Translations under genes and position numbers: made by a program
Origin: Negaprion brevirostris
Taxonomy: Eukaryota
Assembly (NCBI GenBank): GCA_030324005.1
Contig: JARDVH010000031.1
Span: 38,411,680-38,475,679, forward strand
Length of the DNA stretch: 64,000 bases
Direction: 5' to 3'
Shown here: positions 39,001-54,000 of the stretch, piece by piece
Layout of the letters: every line of letters begins with the position of its first letter
Position numbering within the stretch: the stretch's first letter is position 1
The notes under the pieces: generated by a model
What the model was told of the DNA's origin: nothing
Database searches by the model: none
The model's input: the letters and a program-made list of their open reading frames with translations, nothing else

Positions 39001-42000
39001 TAGCTACTTTCCATGCTTGGTGCTTCAGCCCGAATCAAAGCAATTTCTTTGATGTTTCGACTAGTGCAATTTCACTTTCTATATCTATTCATAGATTTTA
39101 CCATTCCTCTACAGTGTAGTGAAGTTATAACACAATTTTGTTTTGTTGTTTAGGTTACTCATGCTCTTTGACTTAAGTAACCAGCAATTCAACATTTTCA
39201 TTACAATGCTTAGATGAAAATGTTATTTCAAGCAATGAGGTGAATGTAAAGTTAATATCTTGGAGTTAATCATAGAACTCCTACAGTGCAGAAGGAGGCC
39301 TTTGGCCCATCGAGCCTGCACCAACAACAATCCCACCCAGGTCCTATCCCCATAACCCCACATATTTTTCCTCCTAATCCCTCTGACACTAAGGGGTAAT
39401 TTATCATGACCAATCAAAGTAACCCGCACATCTTTGGAGCGCAGGAGGAAACTGAAACACCCAAAGGAAACCCATGCAGACACCGGACAAATGTGCAAAC
39501 TCCACACAGATTGCGACCCAAGCCTGGAATTGAACCCAGGCCCCTGGCGGTGTGAGACAGAAGTGCTAGCCACTGTGTCATCACGCCGCCCTAATATGTA
39601 ATATACATGTTATATGTAACGTAGAATCACCTGTATGAAAACAAACCCACTACTTAAGACAATTTTAAAATCAGTTACTATGTTGCAACATGAATCATTT
39701 GATTTGAAAAAATATAGACAGTGAAATTAATTGTTTATAATTTACAAAGATAGCAAAGAAATACTTTAATATGATGGTATCAGTGCACCCAGATCACCAG
39801 TATTATCCACCATTTACTTTTAAAACTGCAGCCAGGTCTCTGTCACAAGTCAGAATACCTTGGTTATTCTTCCATAAAAGTATTTTGGGAAAAAAGTTAT
39901 ATTTAATGTTAAGCTTGTAAAGGGAAAATGTATTCAGGGAAATTTATTAAAATAGGCAACAATAAAAAGATAGTTAAAGTGCTAATAAGCTAGTTTAGAT
40001 GTTGTTTCTCATGTACTATAAATAATAAATGTAACAATTCTTCTCTGTCCATGTCTCACTTGGTGTCTGCACAGGGTTTGAAATAGTAATCATGCAAAGG
40101 TTATCTTGGCGATTTAGTGTTTGTTTGTCATTGCAGGGAAAAATATCGCTTTACGTCAGCATTGTCTGCTGTGTGGTTCATGTCATAATTTCTTGCTTAA
40201 ATTTTTTTCAAGTACCAGAAGTTCCTAAGAAACCAATTCCCGAGGAAGTTAAAACCATCAGAGTGCCAAGAGAAGAGATTGTTCCAGCTGAAGGTAAAAA
40301 CAAATTCGTAGAAGATTTTACATCAACATTCTTCATCCTTAATCTCTTATTCTTACTATTACAACTATTTTCAAATCTGCTTCTTATTTAAATGTTACAT
40401 GTATTTCCATGTCTGTATCTTTATGCTGGTCACTTTGTCCGTTGCAACCTCATATATTGGCCCAAATCTTGCTGGAATGAGGCATCCTGTTGTGTGCACA
40501 ATTATTTGTACTTTTTTCTGCACCCTTCAGATGAATTGTTTTTTGTCCCATAAATTGCAGAAAGTGCAAGCTGAAAGCATTGTGGTTAGGATAATGAGGC
40601 ATAATAGGAACAACAGTCTATCTTCTTAACCAATGAGACTGGTGTCACACGAACAATCATCATACAGTTAAGAGAGTACTTATGCTGTTAAGTTCCCAGC
40701 CCGAACAATCGGTGCCAATCTTAATTTAAGTTCAAAGTGCAAGTTCCAATAAGGTGTTAAAATACCAAGGCTGTTGAGGGTGAGATGTGGTTTGTGTGAG
40801 TCAAACAGTGGAGCAAAATGTCTTTAAAAAATCAAGTTATGGCAATTTATAATTCATATCAAAACTTTTTTGTGTCTCAATTTTCATTATAACAAAGTAT
40901 GTTATCAGCTCACCATTTTTCCAGGAAAACTTGAGCCAATGCACTTTGCGCATTTCTTTATTATTGTTACAGGAGTAGCTAAATATGTTGATACACTACT
41001 ATGATAGTGCATCAAATAAATGTAAATTTGATCATGAACCTTCACATTTATAGAGAGATTTAATGAATATAAAACATGATAGTAACACAATGTTTGTTAA
41101 AACAATCTATTCAGCATTTCATGTATGTTAGTTACTTTTATTGTATATGTTTCATGTTATCGTGTTATGTCATGTTATGTATGTTTTGTATATCTTCAAA
41201 GCTATATAAATGTTATTGGTTAAATCATAATGATTTTAAAAAAATATTCTTTCAAGTTCCGGAAATCCCTAAGAGGACAGTTGTTGAACAAGTGAAACCA
41301 ATTACCACCACAAGAAGAGAAGAGGTCATTCTAACCCCAGGTATAAAAATGAGAAGGTGTCAATTGAGTTTATTCTTATATATGAAACCATGTATCATTT
41401 CCATTGTACTGGAAATGATTCTGACTTCTTTCGGTCATCACATAAATTCTTTGAGACACTGCTTAGTAGCTTCTTAAAAACAATATTTGTTAAAAAGTTT
41501 TTAAAAGTTTATTTATTAGTCACAAGTAAGGCTTACATTAACACTGCAATGAAGTTACTGTGAAATTCCCCTACTCAGCACACTCCAGCACCTGTTCGGG
41601 TCAATGCTTCTAACCAGCACATCTTTCAGACTGTAGGAGGAAATCCAAGCAGATACAGGGAGAAGATACAAATTCCACACAGACAGTGACCCAAGCCGGG
41701 AATCAAACCCAGTTCTCTGGCACTGTGAGACAGTAGTGCTAACCACTGTGCCACCTTGCTGCCCCAATAGATCACACAAATTCTTACTGAGACACTGCTT
41801 TTGTAGCTTCTTCTTAAAAACATTATTTGTCTTTGTGCATTAAACTAAGTTGTGGTGTTCTGTCATATTGTCATGGTGTTCTAACAAATGTTGTAAAGTG
41901 CTGGAAATATAGCTAAGAGTTGTCCGGGCTCACATGTCCTGACCTTGTGGCCAATGGGTACAGAGAATTTGGCACTCAGCCAAATCTCCGTTCACAGCAG

Positions 42001-45000
42001 TGGGACTGGAGAAACCCAGCTGCCGGAAGAGGTCAGAGAATTCTGGCCATAACCCGTGTGTGATAATATGATAGCAATTGATATTGAATATTCATATTTA
42101 CAATTTACAGTGAGCTTGTGCTGTTTAATTCAAATTATTAAAAATATTAATAACTTTTCAGCGACTACATGCTGACTTGTGTCATTACATTTGGAGATGC
42201 TGGCTGGCATTTTACGGCCCTTCCTGTAAGTGGGATCTTCCCGTCCACTGAAGCCCCCCACCCCCCCCCCCCCCCCCCCCAANNNNNNNNNNCCCTGATG
42301 GCAAGATGGACAAGCAACACAGAACAACATAGACATCGGCAGGACTAGAAGATCCCACCAGCTGCCAACTCCACCACCAGAAAATGCTACTCATGCAAGA
42401 AAATTAATTTTAATGTGAATTAACTTAGTTTGTAAAGAGTTTAATGCATCTTTGCAAAAAGAGGCACATGTAACATTAAATTGGCTAACATACTTAGATA
42501 TTTAAACTGAAATGGTAAAGATTTAGTAGACACAACCAAAGCAGAAACAGAAGAGAAGTAAGTTGAAAACAAATGTGTAATTATCGATCTTGCAGAAAGA
42601 AAGACTTGAAATCTATGGATCCCAACCTAAGAATGTTGTGCTACAAATGACGCCATGGCAATAATTTGAGTAAAAACGTTAATTCAAAAATATACACAAC
42701 AGTAGTGACCAACTAAAAAATGGAATATAAAGTTTTGACTTAAAGCAAATGAGTCAGATAGTCAAATCCCCCTTCTCTGCTCAATAATATTTCTTAGCCA
42801 TGACCTCAAAAGAGCATCTTCCAATTTGTTTGCATCAACAATTGAGATTTACGATTTCGTGCCCAACATGAGACATTTTTCTGCAATTGGGTCTGTGTCC
42901 ATTATAAAACACATTGAAATGTTCTCAATTAATTTCACATGTAACATTTAGAACCAAGCACATTCCATTTCTCTGCACTGCATTTCAACCCAAATCCCAA
43001 AGAATAGAAGGCTGTATCTAACCTATTTCACCATTTGGTCATGAATCTGAGATATTTATGTTTATTTTGCATGCACTTGGATAACTTCTCTTTATGAATT
43101 CTTATGAAAAGTAATTTACTTTATTTCTGTGTCATGTTCACCTCATATTGTCATCTTTTGTCTCTTGTTAGTTCCATGTTAGCTTGTTGTTAAATGTTAG
43201 CCTATAACTATTTTTGAATTACATCTTAAATTAATAATGTTCTTTAATGTGCCAGAATTCATTGAGAAGACCATTCCTGAAGAAATTAAACCTGTTCCTG
43301 TTCCCAAAAAAGATATTATACCAACCAAAGGTATAAAAAGTTTTTTTTAAAACAATCTCGTAAAAGTATTCTGTCTTCAGTTATGATCCATGTTACCTTT
43401 TGTTGTCTTCTAATATGTTGCAGTGTGTGTTTTCTTTTAGTGTTTCTTGTTAATTGATGATAATTGTCTTCTACATGTTCATAATGAGTGACAATCTGCT
43501 ACAATACCATGGCATTCTGTAATTCATGCTTAAAATCTATGTAAATTTGTCTTAAACAGTTTTAACAGAAGTCTAATATTTGTGCAATTTGGACTTTAGT
43601 CTGTAAGCTTGAACTTTAGGATCTTTACTGAATTCAAATATTAAATATTGAATTTAATAAAATTTTAATTATTGCATGATAATTTGACAAAAAAAGTGAA
43701 AACTTGGCTTTAAGTGTAAGGTCAGCAAAGGAATTATAATGGCGTGAAATATATTTTGTTAACAAACCCTCAGGTGGAATTCTTCCATGTTGAGACTAGG
43801 TGCTTTGGAGGGTTGCTCAAGCGCACCTGTCCTGCCAACCAGTTGGTGAGATCCCACCTCAGATTCAGTGCTTGGAATCTCATAAATTATACACAAACGC
43901 GCCCCCCTCAACTTTCCTGGTTGTCTGGCAGCTGATTCATCCATTTGCCCTCTGCTGATGAGTTCAAAAGTCCTGATGCTATATTTAAACACCGGTCCTG
44001 TTCACTCGTATCACTCTGTCCAGCCCATTTGCCTTCACTGTGCAGGACGTCAGCAATCCAGAGGGAAAAAGCCAGCAGCTTTTCTTTTCTTTGATTCAAC
44101 CACTCCCCCTCCACCCCCAAGCCCATCACCTGTGAGGCATCCATGTCCCTCTTTGATCTCAACCACCATCTCTGGAGTCTTTATCCATCCCCTTCCAGTA
44201 GTGGTATTCCTTTGATCCCCTTATTGTGAGCTTTCCATGCAACCTTGTTGGGGTCCAGTTTTCATACCATTGGTCCTCCTTCTGTTGTTTGGCTTCATCA
44301 TTCATCTTCTTGCCCACTGTTTTGCCAGCCATCCTAAGCCCTCACCATTCCCCTCCACCCCTCCCACCCTTGCACAGCCCTCCTTCCATATTGCTCTCCT
44401 TGTCTTTGTCAGGCTATATCCACTCCATCCCAAACTTCAGAACTTTATTGTGATAGCTGCATGAATCCCACAGCACAGTCCTGTAAAGATAAACGCTGCT
44501 GGATGGCACTGGGGAAAGGAGACCCCTGTACTCCTCAACCCCAGACTCAGTACTTATCTGACCTGGTGATATAGGAAGTTCCAGCAGCATGGTGATGTCC
44601 ATGAAGTCCAGCTTAGCATGGAGATGGAGGGCAGAGTGGTGTACAGTGCATTAGGAGCAGCGCAGCACAAGAGCAAAATGTTGCACTGACCCCAAAGTGT
44701 CTGGACAACTGAGGACCATCTTATGCACGTCACTACTTAGCAATTGGGTTTGACATCAATGTAAATTTCCACTGGTATGATGGAAGCTGGAAAGGCCTGA
44801 TGGGAAGCTGTGGGGGTGGTGGGTTTGCTGTTTGGATGAGAGTTCATGAGATGCAAATGAATGCAAATAACATTTGTGCCATTTACCAGCAGGTACTGCA
44901 ACCCACTATGAAACTCCCCTCCCCATCCCCCACCGCCATCCTCCTGCCCCATTGGGAGAATTGCAACATGATTTTCCTTGGATTTTTTTGTCTTCCACTA

Positions 45001-48000
45001 GATTCACCACATCCGCCCACCACCAAACCCTCTGGAGCTGGTTGGAAGAATTCCGCCCATTGCTGATATTTGTTGTTTAATTGATTGAGTAGTAATACGT
45101 AACTGATAAAATATATTGAATTGTGATGTCTTGCATTAATTTCATCTGTCACTTATGCTTCGTATCTTAACCTCTTTCTACGTATCTTCATTGTCATATA
45201 ACATACATTCTTAAGTGAATCTGATCTTAAACAATTGTCCTTTAAAGTACCAGAGATTCGTAAGAAGCCAGTAATGGAAGAAGAGAAACCAAGCATTATT
45301 CTAGAAAAAGAAGCGATCACTCCAGCAAAAGGTAGAGATAAATACGAGATGTTTTTGTAACGTTTTATTCTTCGAAATAACAGCATGTTGTTGCCACTAT
45401 AATTACAGTTTCTGCATTTTGTGGTCATCTCTTGAACCTCAGTCTTACTTTGGTGCTGTTTGTTCTGCAGACGTAGACTGTCCTTCTGTTCTTTGTACAA
45501 AAAATGTTCTGTTAAAGTGTTGTAGATTTGTGCTTTGCATTACAAAACAACCATGCTGGGAAAGGTTTTTGAATGAGTTAAAAGGAAATTTAAATTTAAA
45601 CCTGGTGATTCTTCGACCTCGCTAATGCAGGCACAAATCCCGTTGTGGCTGGACACTCCCGAGAGGGGCCATACGGGATTTGCAACAGGGAGATTTCATT
45701 TTGAGATTTTTCCTACTCCCCCCATTCCCAGCTGGTGATATAATCTGGTTCATACCCTTAAATTAGCATGTATTAATAGTGATTTAAGTATTCAGAAAAG
45801 ACTTTAAGCTGAATTTTCATGGAAGGTCAGTGCTCACACCATCTTGTGTGATGTGAAACTGGCAGAAATCACTACAGAAANNNNNNNNNNNNNNNNNNNN
45901 NNNNNNNNNNNNNNNNNNNNNNNNNNNNNNNNNNNNNNNNNNNNNNNNNNNNNNNNNNNNNNNNNNNNNNNNNNNNNNNNNNNNNNNNNNNNNNNNNNNN
46001 NNNNNNNNNNNNNNNNNNNNNNNNNNNNNNNNNNNNNNNNNNNNNNNNNNNNNNNNNNNNNNNNNNNNNNNNNNNNNNNNNNNNNNNNNNNNNNNNNNNN
46101 NNNNNNNNNNNNNNNNNNNNNNNNNNNNNNNNNNNNNNNNNNNNNNNNNNNNNNNNNNNNNNNNNNNNNNNNNNNNNNNNNNNNNNNNNNNNNNNNNNNN
46201 NNNNNNNNNNNNNNNNNNNNNNNNNNNNNNNNNNNNNNNNTTAAAGTTTATTTATTGTTGTCACAAATAGGCTTATGTTAACACTCCTGTCAGGCATGTT
46301 TGGCAGAGGGCCCAGAAAATCTTACGAGAACTCTCAAATCGTGTTTCACACCGATATAAATACATGACGTGATTGTCCCTTCCATCATTGACGTAGCCAT
46401 TTCCCAACATTGAAAGTTGGGAACATCATTCAAATACATTAACATCTAATTATCAGGACTCAACGCCTGAATCAATCTACCTACACCATCAGAAAATCCA
46501 TTCACTTTGGGTGGAACCCACCTGGCCTCCAAAGGTGTGTATCTGGCATGCATCACTTGTGGGTGAGGGTCCTGCCCAGGCACTTCCAAGCAGTGTCAGG
46601 GGCAAAGCCTAAGGAGTGTCAAGCAGAGAAGGGGTTTCATGTGAACTTCTTTGCTTTAAAAATGGTGCCACAATCTTCAAAGGACTAAGTTGCTGGTGGG
46701 CATGTGAATCAGAGGCCACCCTGCCATTGTTACCTAATAAGACAGGCCTCTTGATTTTTTTTTCCCCCTATGTCCAACCCTATATGTCAGAGAAAACTGA
46801 TGTTTCTGTTGGCAGCTTCAATGCTGCTTCTCCAGCCCACCATTGGCCTTTATCAAATTCTGGGAAATTGCTGGTCTTTTAGTTTTAGCTTGTTGCCGAA
46901 AATAACATTGAAGTATATTTTTCTCTGTCTATCTGTGATATTAAAGTAAAATAGATAAATTAATGACAATGCAATACAGATTTTTCTTAACCATGCACAG
47001 GAGAAACTGTGCCCAATTAATGTGAAACCTCTTTATCGCAGTTGATGTGCAATTGCCTTCATAGAGTATGTGTTCATGCAAGTAAACCTCCTTCAGATTT
47101 AAAGATCATGTATTTGCAAATGTGCATGAAATCCTATATTTGTATCTCTTGTCATTTGTGTTTCATGTTGTCTATTGTTTAACATTTTCACAATTATGTG
47201 TGTTTTATTGAGTTACTTTGCTCTTAATACACAATTGTTCTTTAAAGTGCCAGAGGTTCCTAAAAAGCCTGTGGCTGAAGAAATGATACCAACCCCTATT
47301 TTAAGAAAAGAAGCAGTCATTCCTGTCAAAGGTATAAAATAAATAACAATGATTGTTGAACGTTGTATGTTATGTTTTTGATTTTTTTTAGTCATTATCT
47401 TTTGTTTATTTGTTTGTCTTTTTTGAGATGAAAACAAAACGTGTTTAAAATTAACAGTTTGACTTCCAACTCTTGAAGATGTACCAATATTAGTTACCTT
47501 TAGTTTTGCCCAATCTGGTCTGATCAATGATTTGACTTTGAATGGAAAAATTTAAGATTATTTAAATTTAAGTGTGATTGAAAACATTTAAATTTATGCG
47601 TGAACTAGAAAATAATTCCACTCATTTGTGAAGACAATTTTTTTTCAAAATTTGTTAGCAAAGAAAACTTATTACCAATTACTGCTCAGTTGCAGTAAAC
47701 TCTGTATATAAGAACTCTAGCTGTCTAACTTATTAGTTTCATTGAACATTCAAGATGTTCGTGCTAGTGTTTCACTCTCTTAGGTGTGTTCATCTGGTCT
47801 CAATTAATGTAATGTCATGAAAGCTGTGCTTATTTATTTGGGCTAATGAAACAATAATGTTCTTTGAAGTGCCAGAGGTTCCCAAGAAGGCCCCTGTTGA
47901 AGAAATTAAAGTAGTTACTGTTCCAAGAAAAGAAGAAGCCCCTCCAGCTGAAGGTACATTGCAATGGAATGACTTACAATAATTTAGTTTCTAAATAGTG

Positions 48001-51000
48001 TGACAAAATCTTCATATTATTAAACAGAAAACAGCTTCTATTTTCATAGTCATCCCTGAAATCTTTTCATACCCTATCTGAAATATGGAATTGATCATCT
48101 CTGTTTTTATATGTCAGTCTATTTGTTTTGTTACAACATTGTATTATGCATGTTTTGTTGATGTAGTAATAACTCCAGAGTGTAGGGAAAATGATTTTTT
48201 TGTTAATTTGATGTCAAATTTGAAAATAATCTCAGACATTTTGATTTGTACAGACAACATTGAGAGATTTCCAAAGTTATCAAGAGTATATTTTCAATTA
48301 ATAAAAACACTCCAACAATATTTATTAGTTCAATACCACCATTCTTACAACATGGATTAGATTATTTTATTAGAAAATTTGGACAAAAATGTCTTATTTT
48401 TGTCAGACAATAGAATGCGAAACAGTTAAAAACATAATCTATCACAACATGAAGATCATTTTCGTCTTGATACAAGGGTGGGATTTTCCAGCTGTCCTGG
48501 CTGGCAAGATATTCTGGTCCTGACGAAGGCAGCGGGATGGGCAGGACATGCAAAATGCCACTGACATTTGCAAGCCAGCTCAATTTCTGGAAAACACTCT
48601 GAGGGAGGGCAAGAAAATCTCACCCAAGTCATGTTCATTCATAAGAAAACATAGATTTATGCTAATTTGTCATGTTTTCTTGACTTACTGTTTATATGTC
48701 TTTGAATTTTTGTGTAAGTTCTTTGAATGAATCTTATCTTAAAAGCATTATGTCATTTAAAGTGCCAGAGGTCCATAAGAAGCCAATAAAACCAGAAGAA
48801 AAGCCAACCATTGTTCCAAGAGATAAAGTAGCACCAGCAAAAGGTACAAAAGTAGAATGACCGTCTTCTAACACAGCGACGTGTGCGCATTCCATTAGAA
48901 CAAAAACAGTTATTTCTATTCCTGGACATGCACTATTCTTCTTCAGAACTTTGTTTCTAATCCTTCTTGTTATTCTTTGATTCTTTATCAATTTGTCAAT
49001 GAATCTGTAATAACCTTGTGATTCTGAAGCTCATGTTATATCTGTGTAAATTGTAAAAGTTGTAAGATGCACAGATTTCAGTATAATTTTACAGCATAGA
49101 AACAGCCCAGTCAGCATTTGCTTATTATTATCCATTTTAATCACCTCAGTTATTCTGTATATTGGAAAGTTCTACATTCTCATCATTGAGTGAAGAAGCT
49201 CCTTCTAAATGCCTTATTGGGTTTATTCTTGGATATTTTATATTCATTTGTCCCACATTTTGGATTCTCCACAAGTGGAAACACACTATCAAATCCGTTC
49301 ATAATTAGTCTTTCTTCTTTTAGAGAAAGGAACTCCAATCTGTTCAATCTTTCCAACATTTGGTTGCATACTTTTCAAATGCAACCAAATAAATCTAAAT
49401 ATTATTTTGAAGATTTTGGGTAGGATTGTTAGGCTGTGGCGCTCCAAGACTGGAAATTCCCACCTGAGCTCAACAGACTTTGAATCATCCTCCAAATTTT
49501 CTGTCCCGCTACGATTCCTGCAGCAAGCGAGACAGGAGAATTTTGGCCTTTGTTTTATACCAAGGTAGTGTCCCAATGTGTAGTGATCCACCAGAAATAA
49601 CATTTTAGTCAATTACATGAATGATTATAGTTGAACAAGCCTGGTATATTACTATTGGAAAATCTTCAGAATTTTCAAGCCATCAAACAGACATTGACAA
49701 ATATATACTCTCTTAGTTCACCAAGTAAATGTATACTGACAGTAGAGAAAATTCATAGTTTTACGGCAATGTGTGTTTCATATAGTATTGACATATTTTT
49801 AAATGTCTTGAATGAAGCATTTTTTGGATTGAACATATCTTAAAATGCAATGTTCATTAAAGTGCCAGAAGTCGCCAAGAAGCCAGAAGTCGCCAAGAAG
49901 CCAGAAGTCGCCAAGAAGCCAGAAGTCGCCAAGAAGCCAGGAATACCAGAAGACATTAAGCCAGTTGCTGTTTCAAGGGAAAAGGGTGTCATCTCAACAA
50001 AAGGTACAAATGTACACTGAAAGATTGCATACAATCTTTATAGCTTTCTTGCTGTATTATTATATAAATTATTGTCTGTTTATCATGTCTTGCTCACTTG
50101 CCAAAGTCTAAACTCTTATTTTGGTTCGTTTTGTTGATATGACTAGAATTTGTCATGCCTTTTGTTTGTGAGTTTAATTCCGTGGTCTTCATATAAGTCT
50201 TACCTACTTATATAGTGCTCGTTTTCATGTGTCATTTGGCATCTGAATTTGTATTTATGTGTTTGTATTGTGATAAGAGGTTTAATTTGTAGTAAGATAA
50301 TTATTTACTCATTTTTAAAATTTGAGAAATAATATGTAAAGTAGCAGGACACCATTGTGACCGTACAGAGTGGGAGATAAAAGGCAATCATATTATTTTA
50401 ATTAACATTATGGAAATAGATAGTGGGATATCTAATTTTGATTAATTGCTAATGTTTGGCCTTAAACAATAGATTTGAATACATATTAATATTTAACTAA
50501 TTACTGCATTTCCCGAGAAATAATCAGTTTTAGAAATCTGACATGGAAGAAGTACAAACAAAATAATTTTAAATGACAACTTAATTGTTAGGTTAATGAG
50601 AATTGTTTATGGTATTCTGAGCACGGTAAACTACTGGTGCATTAGGGTCCTTATTCTTAAAAATGCTTCAATGTCACAAGTAGGCTTACATTATCATTGC
50701 AATGAAGTTACTTGAAAATCCCCTAGTCGCCACATTCCACTGCCTGTTCGGGAGAATTTAGCATGGCCAATCCATCTAACCATCACGTCCTTCAGACTGT
50801 GGATGGAAACCAGAGCACCCGGAGGAAATCCACACAGACACACGGAGAACGTGCAGACTCTGTCTGGGAATCGAGTCCGGGTGCCTGGCGCTGTGAGGCA
50901 GCAGTGCTAACCACTGTGTCACCGTACTGCCCCCTAAACATTGTGCCACATATTATGCCTGATATAAGCTCTGCAAATGGATGAATTTTGAATAAACTAA

Positions 51001-54000
51001 TATCTCATATCTTTAGATATAATAGTTATGCTATTCTTAGAAAAATTATTATTATCCTGTGTTACATGTGTCTGTGTGTTTCATGTTGTGTTTTCTTTTA
51101 AAATTCTCTTCAAAATTATACACGTCTTTTCAACAAATCACACTCTTAAACAATAATGTTCTTTGAAGTTGCGGAGATGCCTCAGATGCCAATTGCCTTT
51201 GAAGCTCAACCAGTCACTGTACTGAGGAAAAAAGAGACCATCACAGTAACAGGTAGAAAACTACATGGACCTATCATTCTTCTACTTATTTCTTTTTCTA
51301 TTTTTCATGGCCTTCATGTAAATCATGAGTGCTATTTTTTGTGTACTCTTTTGCCTCTCAGTTATTCATTTATGAATTTGTGTTCTGCAACTGTAGACCA
51401 AATTTTAAGTCTGTGTTGTGTTGATTGTCATATGAAGAAGTTTTACTTGTTTAAAACAATCGTTCATATTATGAAATTGAGATATGAATATATGTGCCAA
51501 ATTATATAAAGTGGCACACCACCTTGGCTGAACTAGGACTGGAAATGTGAGGAGGGAAATAAAAAAATAGTGAGTGAGTGATTCGAAGTTTGTGTTTGAA
51601 TCACGTTATAGGAGATACAAAGGCTTGGATAAAAGCTGCTTACATATTACAAATTAAATATAATTAAAAACTTGGGAGTGTTCAGCATACAGTATGTTCA
51701 AATAATTGATCTATGAAACTGCTAAAAAAGAAAAACGACCTTGCATTTACCTTCCACTTTGGATGTCTCTAAAAGCTTCACAAATGTTTTGAAGGGTAGT
51801 CATAAGTAATGAAGGGAAATGTAGCAGCCAGTTTTCACTCAGCCAAATCCCATTACCAGCTTTGAGATAAATGACCACAAAATTTTTTTTGTGTGTTTGA
51901 GAGATAAATATTGGCCACAACAGTGGAGATAAAAATCTGCTGTTTTTTGAAAAGTACCATGGGATCTTGTATCCAGCTGAATGGGCAGCCTATTCATTTA
52001 CCTGGACAATTTATTTAATGTAACGTACTCTTGTGTTAGCTTCATCCGTCATATGTGTTTCATGTTGTTCTGAATTATTAAATATTTTTGAAGTTTTTTT
52101 AAATTAATCTCATCTTAAAACAATGATGTCTTTTGAAGTGTCAGAAATTCCTCAGAAGCCAATTGTTGAAGAATTCAAACCAATTACTGTTCAGGAAAAA
52201 GAAGAGATCATTACAGTTGAAGGTACAAAAATGAAAAGAAGACTTTCATACAAACTTCATCCAACATTATTATGTGAACAGTTGCTACTTTTCATGATAG
52301 CATTATATATCATAACCAGAGACCTTTCTGAACGTTAAGTACCATTGGTCTTCTCCATCTGTATCCATTAATGCGTGCTGTTGTGTTGTATGGTGGTGTT
52401 TCTGTTTTATATCTGATTGCATTGCTTGTGCTGCCATGGAGAAGCTTTAATAGCTAATAATGTTTAAGTAAATACCAAAAGATTAGAAGTAATGAAGTGA
52501 ATATGTTAACAAATTGTTACACGCTAACCAGAAGTATTATACAAGTGAAATGGAAATACCAATTAGAAGAAAATTAATTTAATTATAAAATAGTGGGGAA
52601 TGTATTTCAAACTACAGTCATTCTGACATACTCCCTATGTAAGCAGAACAGAAAAAAAGCCAGTTGAATCTTGATCTAGATCAGTCTCATGAGGAGACTG
52701 GAGCATAGTTAGGAGGCCCCCAATATCAGGAATTTCTGAAATCTCAGGCTTCAAAGAAATTTGCTTGTGGAGTCAGCATAAGAACATCTGCTAGGACCAG
52801 ATGAGACCAAGAGGCTGAACATATTGGTTTATCTAATGGTGGATATGAAACTGTGGTCTGAACCATATTAAAGTTAGCATTTTTTTTTTAACGAGCAACC
52901 TTTGCAAAGGGTCTTTAAGAGGGGGATAGCTAAAATTAATTTCCTGCTTGGAGGTCTAACACCTTAATACTTGAACATCTTAGATGTACCTCTGTTTAAC
53001 ATGTGAGCCCACCACTTAACAGCAGCTGAGTAGTAATCATTCAATTTAGCCAAAGGAAGATTTCTTGCTAGGTGCTATCCCCACATAAATGGAATTACTG
53101 CTCTTTACAACATGGAATACTATTTAATGTTTGTTGCTATTGTTATGTGTTTCATAGGACATGGCTTTGCCTGTTCTTAAACAATTTCAAAATGATTAAA
53201 TGTTCTTGCATAAATTACATCTTAAAACAATCATATTCTTCAAAGAGCGCGAAGTTTATAAGACGACTACTATTGAAGAGTTCCAACAAGATGAAGTTGA
53301 AAGAAGAGAGATTATTACTCCAGTAAAAGGTACAAAATAATCAGAATTTCAAACTAGCTTTCATCTTGTGTTACAAAAGTAATTTATACTTTTCGTCATT
53401 TTCTTATATATCCAATTCTAAGTTCTTAGCTTTTTCTTCTTCAAAAGTAATTCACCTAAGCCATATTTCTGTGTATCTATCGTCAATTGTGCATTCCTGT
53501 TTAATTGGTACATCAATTAATATTTGTTTACATTTGTTTGTGTTGTATATGCACCATAACAGTAGGTCTAACAATAAGGAAAAAAATCTATTCGCATTCA
53601 GTGCTGTCAAATAAATTTACTTTTTGAGTATTTTGTATTTCTGCCAAATTTATTATGAAAGCATAAGTAACAAAAACATCAGGAATATAGATGTTATTTG
53701 GAAAGAAACCTGAAGTTACTTGCTGACTTGTATCATTGCATATGTAAAACAAAAAAGAAAATGCAAAATGGTAAAACAATCTCATTTTTAAATTTGATAA
53801 TTTTACATAATGAGTGAAGGATCTTTATTTTCTAATTGTTGGGAGAAATACATTATCCTAGCAATTCAAAATTATCCTTATAACTATTTTCTCCTCAAGT
53901 GCCCAAAAAGTAATTAACAAGATATACTAATTTTGTTGCTTTACAAGAGAAATGTCACTCTGTGTTAATTTTGTCTGTTCAGCGTTTCATGTTATATTAA

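Noticed and set aside
41899-41915. taaag/tgctggaaata resembling a PEVK exon start
   Set aside because: Immediate stop and no matching donor
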